Assembly: GCA_020184695.1 (NCBI GenBank) | Contig: JAANOX010000198.1 | Location: 1 to 64,000 of the forward strand | DNA length: 64,000 bases | Direction of reading: 5' to 3' | DNA from: Histomonas meleagridis 2922-C6/04-290x | Taxonomy: Eukaryota > Protista > Parabasalia | The notes under the pieces: model-generated | What the model was told of the DNA's origin: nothing | What the model saw: the letters and a program-made list of their open reading frames with translations, nothing else | Database searches by the model: none | In this document: positions 10,017 through 21,080 of the stretch, in pieces | How the letters are laid out: every line of letters begins with the position of its first letter | Numbering within the stretch: position 1 is the first letter of the stretch | Position numbers and translations under genes: made by a program

Positions 10017-11480
10017 TTAATGTTTTTCGATGTAAATTAAAATCATGCGACATATTAAGCATATCGAAATAAGTATCAGAAATCCTCCTGAACCAAAAAT
10101 TAAAAATGTTAATAATACAAGAGTAAAAGAAATAAATTTTGAGGCTTTTTTATGTCTTAAAGCCGTATTAATTGAGATGACACCATCTTTATCAAAAAGA
10201 GGAAGAAGAAATTGTGACTTTGGAATGTGATAAACTGTACGAAATGGTACTTCAACATTTGTTCCCCGTATAAATGGTGTGAATGGAATTCGTTCACTTT
10301 TTATTTTTGATATTTTAAAAAATGTTTCATCATCCATTAGTTTATTTTGAATCTTATTTTCCAAGAAAGTAATATCAAACTTTACCTCACCTGTTTGCTG
10401 GATGTATATTTTTTTATTATCATTTTTAACCTTTATTTCTGTGGATAAAGAAAAGTTTTTAACATTATTAGTTTTATGAAATGATATAATTTCATTCATA
10501 ACTTTGTGATAATCTAATCTTTTACCTCTTTGAATAAAACTATGCTCTAATAATTGATCAATTGTCCATCTTTTATTTTGATCGATAATCACACACTTAG
10601 AAACAAAATCCATAAACTCATTTGAATGGAGTTTTGGGAAACGATATCCTGGAAAACCATGCATAACAATATTAAGCATTGCTCTTGCAGGCTCATATTC
10701 TACGAAAGGTGGAGAGCCTTCAGCTAATTCAACTGCTGTAATTCCTACACTCCAAATATCAGCAGGAAAACTATATTCTTTAGCTTGAATTACTTCAGGA
10801 GCCATCCAATACAATGAGCCAACTATTGTTATTGTATGTTCCTCACTTGTTTCAAATCTTCGCGAAACCCCAAAATCAGCAATTTTAATTGAGCCTGAAC
10901 TTGTTACCAAAATATTTGCTGCTTTGATATCTCGATGAATAATATGGTACTTATTATGAATTAATTTTAATCCAAGTAATAAATTATACATAATAAATGC
11001 TATTTGATCTTCACTAAAAACTTTTTTCCTTGAATCAAGAATATCCCGAAGAGAACCTTTATCACAATATTCCATTAATATCATTAATGAACCTTCATAA
11101 TCAACGCACCCATAATATTTTATAGCATGAGTAGAATTAATTTCTTTCATTAATTTAATTTCATACTCAAGATCTTGTTTTGATTCACTATTAATTAAAC
11201 TATCAATAATTATTTTTCCTGCAAGTATTTTCATTGAAGGCCTATGAAGAATTTTAAAAACTGTTCCAAATCCGCCTTTTCCAATTGTTTCTAAAATGGT
11301 AAATATTGTTTTTGGTTCTACTGATACATCAAATGTCCATTTTAAATCATTATCGATATGCAAAAGATGTTTAACTTTTAAAGGATCTGAAATTTTTCCA
11401 AATTGCTTTTTTAACCTAGGCATCAATGATAAATAAAATATAAAAAATTGAAAGAATGAGATAAATTTGAAGAATTTCAT
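10017..11480 (-). CDS. STE20-family Ser/Thr kinase with hydrophobic C-terminus (alternative start 11423)
   Basis: IGKGGFGTV, HRDIKAAN, IKIADFG, GSLYWMAPE, ADIWSVGIT AVELAEGSPP. Confidence 0.9.
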   Translation of the reverse strand: MKFFKFISFFQFFIFYLSLMPRLKKQFGKISDPLKVKHLLHIDNDLKWTFDVSVEPKTIFTILETIGKGGFGTVFKILHRPSMKILAGKIIIDSLINSESKQDLEYEIKLMKEINSTHAIKYYGCVDYEGSLMILMEYCDKGSLRDILDSRKKVFSEDQIAFIMYNLLLGLKLIHNKYHIIHRDIKAANILVTSSGSIKIADFGVSRRFETSEEHTITIVGSLYWMAPEVIQAKEYSFPADIWSVGITAVELAEGSPPFVEYEPARAMLNIVMHGFPGYRFPKLHSNEFMDFVSKCVIIDQNKRWTIDQLLEHSFIQRGKRLDYHKVMNEIISFHKTNNVKNFSLSTEIKVKNDNKKIYIQQTGEVKFDITFLENKIQNKLMDDETFFKISKIKSERIPFTPFIRGTNVEVPFRTVYHIPKSQFLLPLFDKDGVISINTALRHKKASKFISFTLVLLTFLIFGSGGFLILISICLICRMILIYIEKH

Positions 11481-12270
11481 TATCGTTCTGTGTTTTCATT
11501 GGAGCTCAAAAATATCCTAAATATAACATAAGATTTTTTATTAATGACAATTAAAAAAGGAATAATCAAAAAATCTAAATAACGAAAATAATATTGGAAA
11601 ATTAAAAAACATAATTATGTCATAAATACTGCAATCAACACTATAATATATCTTTTAATTTTGAAAATGCAATTCATAGGTGGCAAATGAAGTTTTATTA
11701 AGCTGATGCCATAGATAAAAGATTATGTAAGTATGTTTTTCATTACGGTAAAAAACTTAAAATTAATTTTTGTATTTCTGCTTTCTTATTGGGAATATCA
11801 TATATATATATATATATATATTTGAAAAAATTTGCACCGAAGAATCAGCAAGAATTTCTTCTGCAGGAGGATTTTACACATGCTTCGTTTGGGGATTCTT
11901 AAACCCTTATGATATGAGTATCATGATGTCAATTTACTTAAGACCATCATGCAAACCTCCTATTCATATATTTTCAACCATTTATTTTCAGTTGAAATAT
12001 GATAAACACTTTAAACATGCTGAATATGATGAACCAGTAGATTTAGATGTAAGCTGTTTGTTATTGGATTTGTGGAAGCTATTATAATCATTTTAAAAGC
12101 TTTTTTATATGATGATTACAGTTGCACATATCCTTTACTATATAAAAGCAAGCTTACAAATTTAAACTATAAATATTTTGAAATGTTTACAATTCCTGGA
12201 GAATTGACAGTCTCTGTTTGTTCATGAATTGAATGTCATTGGCGGTTAGCTTTGGCTCTTCCTTTTTCAA

Positions 12271-12831
12271 ATGAGCATCCTCGAAAAGAAGGGTGAAGCA
12301 ACAGCTCTCGAACAACAAGTTGCCACAGCCATCACCGAAATCAAGGCCTCCGCAGAAGAGGGAATCAAAAAGTCTATGAACTCCCTCAAAATCACTGGCG
12401 CCAAAGAAGCTGATTCTAATGGTGTTAAGGTTATCATCATTGAAGTTCCATACAAGCAAATCAATGGCTATCACCAAATCCAAGGTATTGTCATCCCAGA
12501 ACTTGAAAAGAAATTAGGAAACGCTCAAGTTGTCATTGTTGCTAAGCGTCGTGCTTTTCCAAAGACACCACAACCAGGACGCCGTTACAAGGCTATCCGT
12601 AACGCTGGACGTACACTTCGTGCTGTTCATGAAGGTCTTCTTGATGATGTTGTTTACCCAACAGCAATTGTTGCAAAGCGTACACATTACGGCCTCGATG
12701 GTAAACTTACAACATACGTTACACTCGATGCCCATGATAAGACACGCGTTGAAGATCGCCTTAATTCATTTGCTGCTGCATATCACAAGCTTACTGGATT
12801 AAAGACGGTCTTTGAAATTGCTACTCATTAA
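12271..12831 (+). CDS. RPS7: 40S ribosomal protein S7 (eS7)
   Basis: ELEKK..VVIVAKRR, RTLRAVHEGLLDDVVYPTAIVAKRT, YHKLTG; CCTTT (M5-like) motif just upstream of the ATG. Confidence 0.95.
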   Translation: MSILEKKGEATALEQQVATAITEIKASAEEGIKKSMNSLKITGAKEADSNGVKVIIIEVPYKQINGYHQIQGIVIPELEKKLGNAQVVIVAKRRAFPKTPQPGRRYKAIRNAGRTLRAVHEGLLDDVVYPTAIVAKRTHYGLDGKLTTYVTLDAHDKTRVEDRLNSFAAAYHKLTGLKTVFEIATH

Positions 12832-12961
12832 AAAAGACCTATAAAATATTTTTTAATTTAATGTAAATCTTTTAAAAATTTAGAAAAAATGAGAAGTTGG
12901 ATATTTAAAAAATGTATTTAAGTTATTAATTATGTTGATGTTTTTATTTCATTGATCGAAA

Positions 12962-13041
12962 GGTCAGGTGGCCGAGTGGTCTAAGGCGCTAGTTTTAGGC
13001 ACTAGTCAGAAATGGCGCGGGTTCGAACCCCGTCCTGACCA
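12962..13041 (+). tRNA. tRNA-Leu, anticodon TAG
   Basis: Acceptor stem GGTCAGG/CCTGACC; D arm GCCGAGTGGTCTAAGGC; anticodon stem CTAGT/ACTAG with loop TTTAGGC; extended variable arm; GTTCGAA T-loop; T-run follows. Confidence 0.97.
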
Positions 13042-13616
13042 TTTTTTTCCTTTTTTATTGATATGTTTGCCTTTTTTGTTTTTTTCTCAGATATAATGAA
13101 ATAATCTTCATTAATATTACTACCATGTATATTACTCAATTGTATCCATCAAATTCTATTAAATTATAATTTGAGGTTAATTTATTTTTCAAATATTATG
13201 AATTTGTTTTTTGCTTCATCTATATAAGACACATTGATGACTGTCATTTGATGTTATATGTTTTAATGAAATCGTATCGATAAGATTAATTTCTATAATT
13301 CAATATTTGTTAATTATTTATTATTAAATTTTTTTTCGTTTTATTGATATTTTTTGTTGCAGCCTAGGTAAAGCATTATAATGTCTAAATTCAATTTAAC
13401 ATTTATAATATTTTCAACATGATGTCATTGATACTAAAAAGGTCAAATCTCCTCTCGAAAATTTGATAACAGAAAAAACGTACAGCTTCATAGAAAAGTA
13501 AATTTTTACAATCAATGTAAATCAATTTTTTATTCACGCCTCACAAAACGAACTTTTCTCTATTCAAAATTGAAAGCATTCTATCGTTATTGTGAAGTCG
13601 GTTATAAAACAGAAGG

Positions 13617-15173
13617 ATGGAAATGCTCTCTCACATTCAATGCTCACTCAACACAGAAGATATCAATGAGATTATCAAATTTCCTAAAATGTTGGAAGAG
13701 TGTGTACTTGATATTGATATTCGAGCATTCCTTACTCAAGTAATTCCAATTATTAAAAACTTAGTAACTTCTGAATATGAAGAAGTAAATCAATCAATGG
13801 TCGAGTCAATGCCTTACATATGTGAAGCTGTCTCAAATATTATGAATGGAAAAACATATCAAGATTTTATCATCAAAAATATTTTACCAATCTATTTATT
13901 AATTGATGACTCAAATAATGAAGAAACGGTCGAGCTAGTTGCAAATTCCCTAACCACTATTTTTGAAAATTTTTTTCAAAAAAATTTTAAATTTTTACCT
14001 TTTTTACATCGACTTGCAAATGAAGAAAAACATGTTCTTCGAGCAGCTGTTGTTGAAACACTTGAATACATTGGGGAAAGTATGGAAATAGCTTCTGTTT
14101 TTTCAGGCATTTTACCAATAATTTCAACACTTTCCAAAGATCCATTATCAAAAATCAGGGGAATGTTACCCAGCATGATAGATTCTTACATCGGCAAAAT
14201 AAAAGACAAAAATTTAGCAAAACAATTATATGATATAATTGCAATACTTTCCAAAGACAAAGTTCCTTATGTAAGGCTCAAAGTGACAGAGGCGCTTTAT
14301 CAGTTTTCGCTCAAAATGGACGAAAATTCTCGTATGGAAGTAATTGATCCGATTGTTTCAAAAGTAATAACAGACGATGACGCATCTGTTCGGACATTAG
14401 CCATCTCCAGACTTGCTCCTGTGATGAGCACATTCGGTGAAAAGGTTTCAAAGAATTTGGTTTCGAAATATTCAGAAATTTTATTATCCGGAAATCAGAA
14501 AGACTCTTATGCGACTGCGTTCTGCTTCTCCGCAGTTGCATTGTCGATCGGAAGAGAGCGATTTAGGGATGAATTATTACCCTCTTTTCGTCAATCTTTG
14601 CATAATAATGATAAGAAGATCAAAAGAACACTTTCGTTTGCATTAATTGCCCTTACTCAACTCTTCGAACCATCGGAGCTACAAGAATTTGTGGAACTGA
14701 TTCTAAATGACTTGCCATTTGTTGCAATTGGAGTCATGTCGAATTTGTCAGATTTTTTGGAAAAGATTGTTGACGTCAATAAGATACTTCCTTTTCTTTT
14801 AGAACCTTTGTCTAAGTACCCAGAGTGGAGAATGCGTCTTCAAGTATCAATTCAATTACGAAAATGTAAATCATTTTTCCCCAATGAAAAACTTATAGAA
14901 TCAGCTTACTCACTAATCGGAGACAAAATTGCAGCAGTTCGAAATGACGCAACGACTTCATTTGCTGAGTTAATGACAGAAAAAGATTTACATTACATAA
15001 ACGTTCTCGCAAAAAGTGACAACCACTGGGACCGTTTATGCGCCGCTGAAATTATGAAAAAAATGAATCCAATGTTTATTCATCTTGTACAAGATAGTTT
15101 GGATTTGTTATTAGCGGATCATGTTTTTAGCGTTCAAAATACTGCAAAAAGTATAAAAAATGGAAATGATTAA
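13617..15173 (+). CDS. HEAT-repeat phosphatase scaffold (PP2A-A / PP4R1-like)
   Basis: Repeated HEAT signatures: LSKDPLSKIR, LSKDKVPYVR, DDDASVR, EWRMR, DKIAAVR, DHVFSVQ. Confidence 0.8.
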   Translation: MEMLSHIQCSLNTEDINEIIKFPKMLEECVLDIDIRAFLTQVIPIIKNLVTSEYEEVNQSMVESMPYICEAVSNIMNGKTYQDFIIKNILPIYLLIDDSNNEETVELVANSLTTIFENFFQKNFKFLPFLHRLANEEKHVLRAAVVETLEYIGESMEIASVFSGILPIISTLSKDPLSKIRGMLPSMIDSYIGKIKDKNLAKQLYDIIAILSKDKVPYVRLKVTEALYQFSLKMDENSRMEVIDPIVSKVITDDDASVRTLAISRLAPVMSTFGEKVSKNLVSKYSEILLSGNQKDSYATAFCFSAVALSIGRERFRDELLPSFRQSLHNNDKKIKRTLSFALIALTQLFEPSELQEFVELILNDLPFVAIGVMSNLSDFLEKIVDVNKILPFLLEPLSKYPEWRMRLQVSIQLRKCKSFFPNEKLIESAYSLIGDKIAAVRNDATTSFAELMTEKDLHYINVLAKSDNHWDRLCAAEIMKKMNPMFIHLVQDSLDLLLADHVFSVQNTAKSIKNGND

Positions 15174-15583
15174 TTTCCATTTATGTTATTAGTTGAATTG
15201 AAAAAATATTTAATTTCATTTTCGCATGAAACAATGTTTTGGGGTTCATGCGTTGGAATTTATATATATTCAGATATTTGTTCTTTTTGGTAAAAATTGC
15301 TTTCTTACATCATGTTTTTATTTTGTTGTTGTGCAATTATATGTTTTTTCATCTTATTTCAAATTTATTGGATTGAATGATTTGATTCTAAATCGAAATA
15401 TTAATATTGTAGTTTGGTATTTATAAAGATAAAAAATGTACGTTTTTACGCACAAAAATAAGCTAAACATAACATAAAAGAATTTTTCATTTCAAGTTGA
15501 AGGAATTGATATTGAACGACCGTTAAATGTTGACGATGATAAAAACGGTTTTGATATTGGGCCGCCCTAAGCCTTATCTGTGG

Positions 15584-16594
15584 ATGTCGATCCTTGTAAC
15601 TGGTGGCGCAGGTTATATTGGAAGCCATACTGTTGTTGAATTGCTCAACGCAGGAAAGCAGGTAATTATTATTGACAACTTTGTCAATTCTAAACCAGAC
15701 GTATTAGATAAAATCAAATTAATCACGAAGAAAGACTTTAAATTTTATCAAGTAGACCTCCTTAACAGAGAAGACATTGATAAAGTTTTCGCTGAAAACC
15801 AAATAGATGCAGTTATTCATTTTGCAGGCCTCAAAGCTGTTGGTGAATCAATGCGTTTACCAATTCTTTACTACCATAATAATATCACAGGAACTTTACA
15901 TCTTCTCCAAGTCATGATGAAATACAATGTTAAACGTATTGTATTTTCCTCCTCTGCCACTGTTTATACGCTTAATGCCCATCCTCCATGCAAGGAAACT
16001 GATCCCCTTGCTACAACCAATCCATATGGCAGTACTAAACTTTTCATTGAAAACATTCTTACTGATCTCTATAATTCAGATAATGAATGGAGCGTTGTTT
16101 TACTCCGTTACTTCAACCCAATTGGTGCCCATCCGAGTGGACTTATTGGCGAGAATCCAAATGGAATTCCCAACAATCTTATTCCATATGTTGCTCAAGT
16201 TGCAATTGGCAAATTACCATATTTGAAAATTTATGGTAATGACTATGACACTCCTGATGGAACTGGTGTCCGAGATTACATTCATGTTGTTGATCTTGCC
16301 GAAGGACATATTTGCGCATTAGATTACAGCATGAAACATAAAGGTGTTGAAGCTGTAAACCTTGGTACTGGATCAGGAAGCTCTGTGTTCGACGTTGTTC
16401 ACGCATTCGAAAAAGCTAGCGGAGTGAAGATCAATTACCAAATCGTTGGGCGAAGGCCGGGCGATGTTGCCATTTACTACAGCGATACGAGTAAAGCATT
16501 GAAATTGTTTGGCTGGAAGGCCAAATATGACCTGAATAAAATGTGCGAAGACACTTGGAACTTCATTAAAAGAGTAAAAGAAGAGGAACAATAA
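15584..16594 (+). CDS. galE: UDP-glucose 4-epimerase
   Basis: ILVTGGAGYIGSHT, HFAGLKAVGES, FSSSATVY, YxxxK (YGSTK), LRYFNPIGAH, RDYIHVVDLA. The ATG at 15584 is preferred over the ORF-track start at 15527. Confidence 0.97.
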   Translation: MSILVTGGAGYIGSHTVVELLNAGKQVIIIDNFVNSKPDVLDKIKLITKKDFKFYQVDLLNREDIDKVFAENQIDAVIHFAGLKAVGESMRLPILYYHNNITGTLHLLQVMMKYNVKRIVFSSSATVYTLNAHPPCKETDPLATTNPYGSTKLFIENILTDLYNSDNEWSVVLLRYFNPIGAHPSGLIGENPNGIPNNLIPYVAQVAIGKLPYLKIYGNDYDTPDGTGVRDYIHVVDLAEGHICALDYSMKHKGVEAVNLGTGSGSSVFDVVHAFEKASGVKINYQIVGRRPGDVAIYYSDTSKALKLFGWKAKYDLNKMCEDTWNFIKRVKEEEQ

Positions 16595-16659
16595 AAAATT
16601 TATCACATATTATTTTGTAAAGTTAATGATTTATGGTTAGTTACAAATTGAATTATTTA

Positions 16660-17400
16660 AAAAAAATGTTGATAAATCTTGTGGAAAATTATATTGATGA
16701 TGAAAGTAGAAGTACTGTCATAAAGAATTTAAATCATTTCCAAATATTATTTGAAAAATAAATTTTAAATAAAACAAATAATATTCATTTTATTAACATC
16801 AATATCTTTTTGTTCAAGAAGTAATTTAACTATTTTGATATAATATTTCTCAATTACTTAAAAAGACTTTGAGGAAAAAATTGAAATATATTAAAAATAA
16901 TATTATTTTCTTTTGGTTTTTCATTAATTAATTTTAAGTAGTCAAGATAAATTTTTACTTCTTTATTTTGTGCAATAAAAGAGAAAAAAACATTTTGCCA
17001 TATTTGGAAATAAAATGAAATTGGATTTTCGGAATCATATAAACAAATGTAGAAAAAACAGATAAATCAAGATTATCTTCACATAAGTTCCAAATGACAT
17101 CTTGGAGAGCATGTAAATATTGAAATATTTGATTGAATCTTGGGAGCTTACTTTTGTTTTATTATTCATGAATAATAATAACTATTGCATTCGAAATAAG
17201 TTAGTGACCAAATAATATCAACAAACAGATAAAATTTCAATTCATTCACTATTATGTAAATTATTGTTACAACATTTTTGTTTATTTAGAAAATTTTAAT
17301 TTTCAGACCTTAGGTATTTTCTTATAACTTTTAAATGCAGTGAAAGTCTTTTGTTTCTTATAACAATAGTTTCGAAATTAAAAAGACATTTTTTGTACAT
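16660..17400 (-). pseudogene. Degenerate DUF3447/ankyrin gene relic
   Basis: The minus strand reads KIVKLLLEQKDIDVNK, then an AT-rich insert, then TVLLLSS. Many stops and indels. Boundaries approximate. Confidence 0.65.
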
Positions 17401-17517
17401 AAATTTATATTAAATCAAATTTCACAAAAAAATTTATTAACATTTTATTATTACAAAACAAAATAAAACATTTATATTTATATTTACAATCACGGATACA
17501 AACAAACATAAGATTAG

Positions 17518-18345
17518 TTAATTATAATCTGTCGCATATTCTGTTTCTTGTTCTGAGCCTGAAATTTCTTGCGGCGCTTGAACAACAAATTTTTCCGGAA
17601 CGTCCGCAAACACAGGCGGATCGCCGTCAAACTGCAAGTAATACCATCCGGGCGATGACGTTGGCTGTGTGATCACTGTAGCGGTATAAAAAACTGATGT
17701 CCATCCAACAATTTCATCATGCCAAAGAGACAAAACGCGAGCGCCAATAGGGTACATTGTAGCCTTAGAGCGACGCGCTGGTGATGATGTTGGTAGGGGA
17801 ATGACTTTTGATGCTAATGAATATATTTCTACAATTACATTATCTTCTGGATCAGCATCATAGACTAAATATTGGAACGTTTCAGGATTGAAGCTCTGGA
17901 TGATGCCAAGAATATAATCATTGTTAGAGTTAAGAACACATACAAATGAACCTTTTGATAATAACTGATCAGGTTGAAGTGGTAAGGCACCACAAAGTGG
18001 TGGATAAGGAGCAGAAGCTAATGGCTGACGATTATTTATGAATGCTTTGGTTTGTTCACGAATTGTTTCAATATCTGGTACTTCGGGTTCCGGTGGTGGG
18101 TGTTTTCGTTCTGCTATTAAATGATCAATTTGTATAAGAGCTTCTTGTATCCGATGCTTTTCGGTTTCGATGAGATTATTAACATTTTCTGATAATTGTT
18201 TGAGGGATCTGTATTTTTCTATGTTGTCTTGTATCTCCATTATTGAGCTAATTTTAGTGGAGCATTGTTTAATATCATATGCACGTTTGAGAAGTGTGTG
18301 GAACCTCCATTTGTGATCTTTTGTTTGGAAATTTGTTTCCCTCAT
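17518..18345 (-). CDS. SGF29: SAGA-associated factor 29-like (coiled coil plus tandem Tudor)
   Basis: YLVYDADPE, LPTSSP, GARVLSLW...TSVFYTATV, YYLQFDGD match the SGF29 double-Tudor pattern. Confidence 0.85.
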   Translation of the reverse strand: MRETNFQTKDHKWRFHTLLKRAYDIKQCSTKISSIMEIQDNIEKYRSLKQLSENVNNLIETEKHRIQEALIQIDHLIAERKHPPPEPEVPDIETIREQTKAFINNRQPLASAPYPPLCGALPLQPDQLLSKGSFVCVLNSNNDYILGIIQSFNPETFQYLVYDADPEDNVIVEIYSLASKVIPLPTSSPARRSKATMYPIGARVLSLWHDEIVGWTSVFYTATVITQPTSSPGWYYLQFDGDPPVFADVPEKFVVQAPQEISGSEQETEYATDYN

Positions 18346-18529
18346 CTAAAAAAGTGCCGCCGAAGCGAGGGTATTCGACCGTTTAAATATAATTTGCAAT
18401 TATTAACTCAAAAAAAATCAAAAAACGCCCTATCCCATTAAAAGAAGAAAATTTATAATTCTTTTAGTCTATAATTCTTTGTAATATAAGTCAATAACTA
18501 AGATCTTATTTATCAGTAATTACTAAATA

Positions 18530-19900
18530 CTATTCGAGAACTTTCATTATTATATTATATAACATCTGCGCCTGTTGCGCAACTTTTTCATCTTCACTAA
18601 TTATCAATGTTTCAAGGATATTGGCGATCGAATCCAGACCATTCAAACTTTTCATATCTTTTTCTTTCTTTTCTATAATACTCAACAGCTTAACCAATAG
18701 ATCCATTGTTACCAAAATTGCGTCTCCATTATCAGAATCGAAAATATTTTCAAATATCGAAAATACATTTTTTTTTATCAACTCTTCTACTAAGCCAATA
18801 TCATTCACATCTAATACAACAGCCAAATAGTTAATCACAGCAATTCTAGTTTCAAATGATCCATTAACTACAAATTGAATTGTTTTATCAACAAAATTTT
18901 CAATTTGCCTTGGAAAAAATTTCACAAAAGAAAGAAAATCATAAATTTTTGGCAAGTCAACACTATCATGTTCAATATGAGACATAAAAGCCTCCAAAAG
19001 GCCCATCTGGAAGCAACGCGGTATCGCATTCGTTTCCCTGTCAAATTTGAGTAAAAGCCGCAGCAAACCGTCAATTACCCTATTACCCATCAAACCGATT
19101 TCAGCCAATTTGGCAATTAATGCGTCGTCTGGGTTAACATGAAGGCCACTCCCAATCAAAGATCGCATAGACCCAAGACCTATATCAACAGAAGACCATG
19201 TCATCTCGTCTGAGATAAAACATGTTGAAATATACCATAATTTTATCATATCTTCATTTCGATAAACTTTTAAATGAATGATGGTGTATAAACAATGGGA
19301 AGCAACTTCACATGAGTATTCAAAAAAATGATGTGAATCTTTCTCATCTTGTGAATAACTTGAAAAATCAATCACAGAAAGAAACATATCAAGAAAACCA
19401 AAATTAACAAGAACTGGGAAAACATTGGGATAATCAATGAGAATGTCTGTAATAGCATCAAGAGAGAGTCGTGAATAAATTTTGTCATTGGAACGGAAAT
19501 TAAAAATCAATTTTTGCAAAAATTGTTCATTTGTAAAAAACGATAGATCTACACCTTCTAGCCTGAGGAGCAAGTCAATAACCATGAGTGAGTTGAATTC
19601 TTGAACTGCATTGGATGAAAAAAATAATGTCATCAAAAATTGGAAAAATTGTAATGGTGTTGTGATTGAGTTAAAAGCATCAAGTGACCTTAACTGGAAA
19701 TGCCTAGCAAAGTATTCGCACTGGTTCGTGTCACCATTTAAAAAAAGAGATAATTTTTTAGAAAATTCAATTGAATCACATTCTTCTTCTTCTTCAAAGC
19801 TTTCATCGTCACGGTGTGATTGATCTTTCATGGGAGCATACTTAAAATTTCCCACACTTCTTAATTGATTTCGAATTGAAGAGAAATTCTCATTTTCCAT
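18530..19900 (-). CDS. ARM-like helical repeat hypothetical protein
   Basis: 456-aa intact ORF with amphipathic helical repeats; ends in SEDEKVAQQA. Confidence 0.65.
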   Translation of the reverse strand: MENENFSSIRNQLRSVGNFKYAPMKDQSHRDDESFEEEEECDSIEFSKKLSLFLNGDTNQCEYFARHFQLRSLDAFNSITTPLQFFQFLMTLFFSSNAVQEFNSLMVIDLLLRLEGVDLSFFTNEQFLQKLIFNFRSNDKIYSRLSLDAITDILIDYPNVFPVLVNFGFLDMFLSVIDFSSYSQDEKDSHHFFEYSCEVASHCLYTIIHLKVYRNEDMIKLWYISTCFISDEMTWSSVDIGLGSMRSLIGSGLHVNPDDALIAKLAEIGLMGNRVIDGLLRLLLKFDRETNAIPRCFQMGLLEAFMSHIEHDSVDLPKIYDFLSFVKFFPRQIENFVDKTIQFVVNGSFETRIAVINYLAVVLDVNDIGLVEELIKKNVFSIFENIFDSDNGDAILVTMDLLVKLLSIIEKKEKDMKSLNGLDSIANILETLIISEDEKVAQQAQMLYNIIMKVLE

Positions 19901-20091
19901 ATGATGAAATGTTATGTGAAATCCACAGGCTAAATGAAATTGGGAATAAAATTTGGAATTTTATGCTATCTAGAACATATGAACAAAATACATTTCTTAC
20001 CCTGATATGATTTGCGTGGAATTACATAGATATAAATATTAAGAGATTTATAAATAAATAAAAACAAGAAAGATTTTAATTCAAAACAAGA

Positions 20092-20409
20092 TTATTTGGT
20101 GATTTTGGTAGACACATACTCCGAAATTTGAGCTTCGATTTCTTTTGTCAACGCGCAATAAAATATCTTATAAATTAAATAGAATAAAACGCAAAGAAGG
20201 AAAACGAGTAACAATGTCATACATGCCATGCTCCCATATGTTCCTTCAATTGGAGTATTGATTTCTACAAGTTTTTTTGGTTGATCATCTGAATAATCTG
20301 AACTACACTGATCACTTTGTATATCTGACCACACTGTGTATGTATATACGATGGGGTTTGGTGAAAACTGGACTTTCTTTTGTGGTTGGTTTCCACTGCC
20401 AGAACTCAT
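20092..20409 (-). CDS. Small single-pass membrane protein with KVQF (RVxF-like) motif
   Basis: 105-aa ORF containing KKVQFSPNP and one hydrophobic segment (MTLLLVFLLCVLFYLIY). Confidence 0.55.
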   Translation of the reverse strand: MSSGSGNQPQKKVQFSPNPIVYTYTVWSDIQSDQCSSDYSDDQPKKLVEINTPIEGTYGSMACMTLLLVFLLCVLFYLIYKIFYCALTKEIEAQISEYVSTKITK

Positions 20410-21080
20410 CTGAGGCTGTTGTGAAAATTTAAATATGAACCAGTTATTTACTTAATTTGTGAGGTACTCAGAAATTTCGCTTGGACGATATAAACTTTTT
20501 AAAAGGAGTCAAATATTTGACTTTTTGTGGGGTATGGTTCAGAAAACAAGGAAATAAAAATGTACTTTTAGTTTCACTTTTGAAATGTTTACAAAAAATT
20601 TTTTGTATATCAGGAGGATCAAAAAACTGCAGTTCTACCGATGAATTTTTCTGTCAAAAACGATTCACTCTAATTGAACCTATCTATCGTTCGGCTGTTC
20701 CCTTGTGGAAGAGAACGGTAAAATGAACACAAAAAAGTGTTTCATTATTTACCACTGGATCATATCTGATAATGATTAACAAACTCAAATTTATTTTAAT
20801 ATAAAATCATATGTTTTTGTAAAATTAATTTAATAAACTTATATTTTTCAAATGAATTTTTTTCAAAATATTCATTTTAATATATCAATATTTATCATTA
20901 CTAAAAAGATAATTATATGATTTTGTTCACAAGAAACATAGTACATTCGGAACATGGACAGTTTATGTTTTATTTTAAACAACAACAAAATTAATACAAA
21001 AGATAGATAGTTTATATAATCGCAAAATTGAATTTTGAGTTCATTACACCAATTCACAAGTGTAAACAACATCAACTATT

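Noticed and set aside
11770-12087. Possible UBC/RWD-like gene
   Set aside because: Only a vague resemblance; the ORF starts at a TTG in front of a (TA)n tract and no catalytic context is clear.
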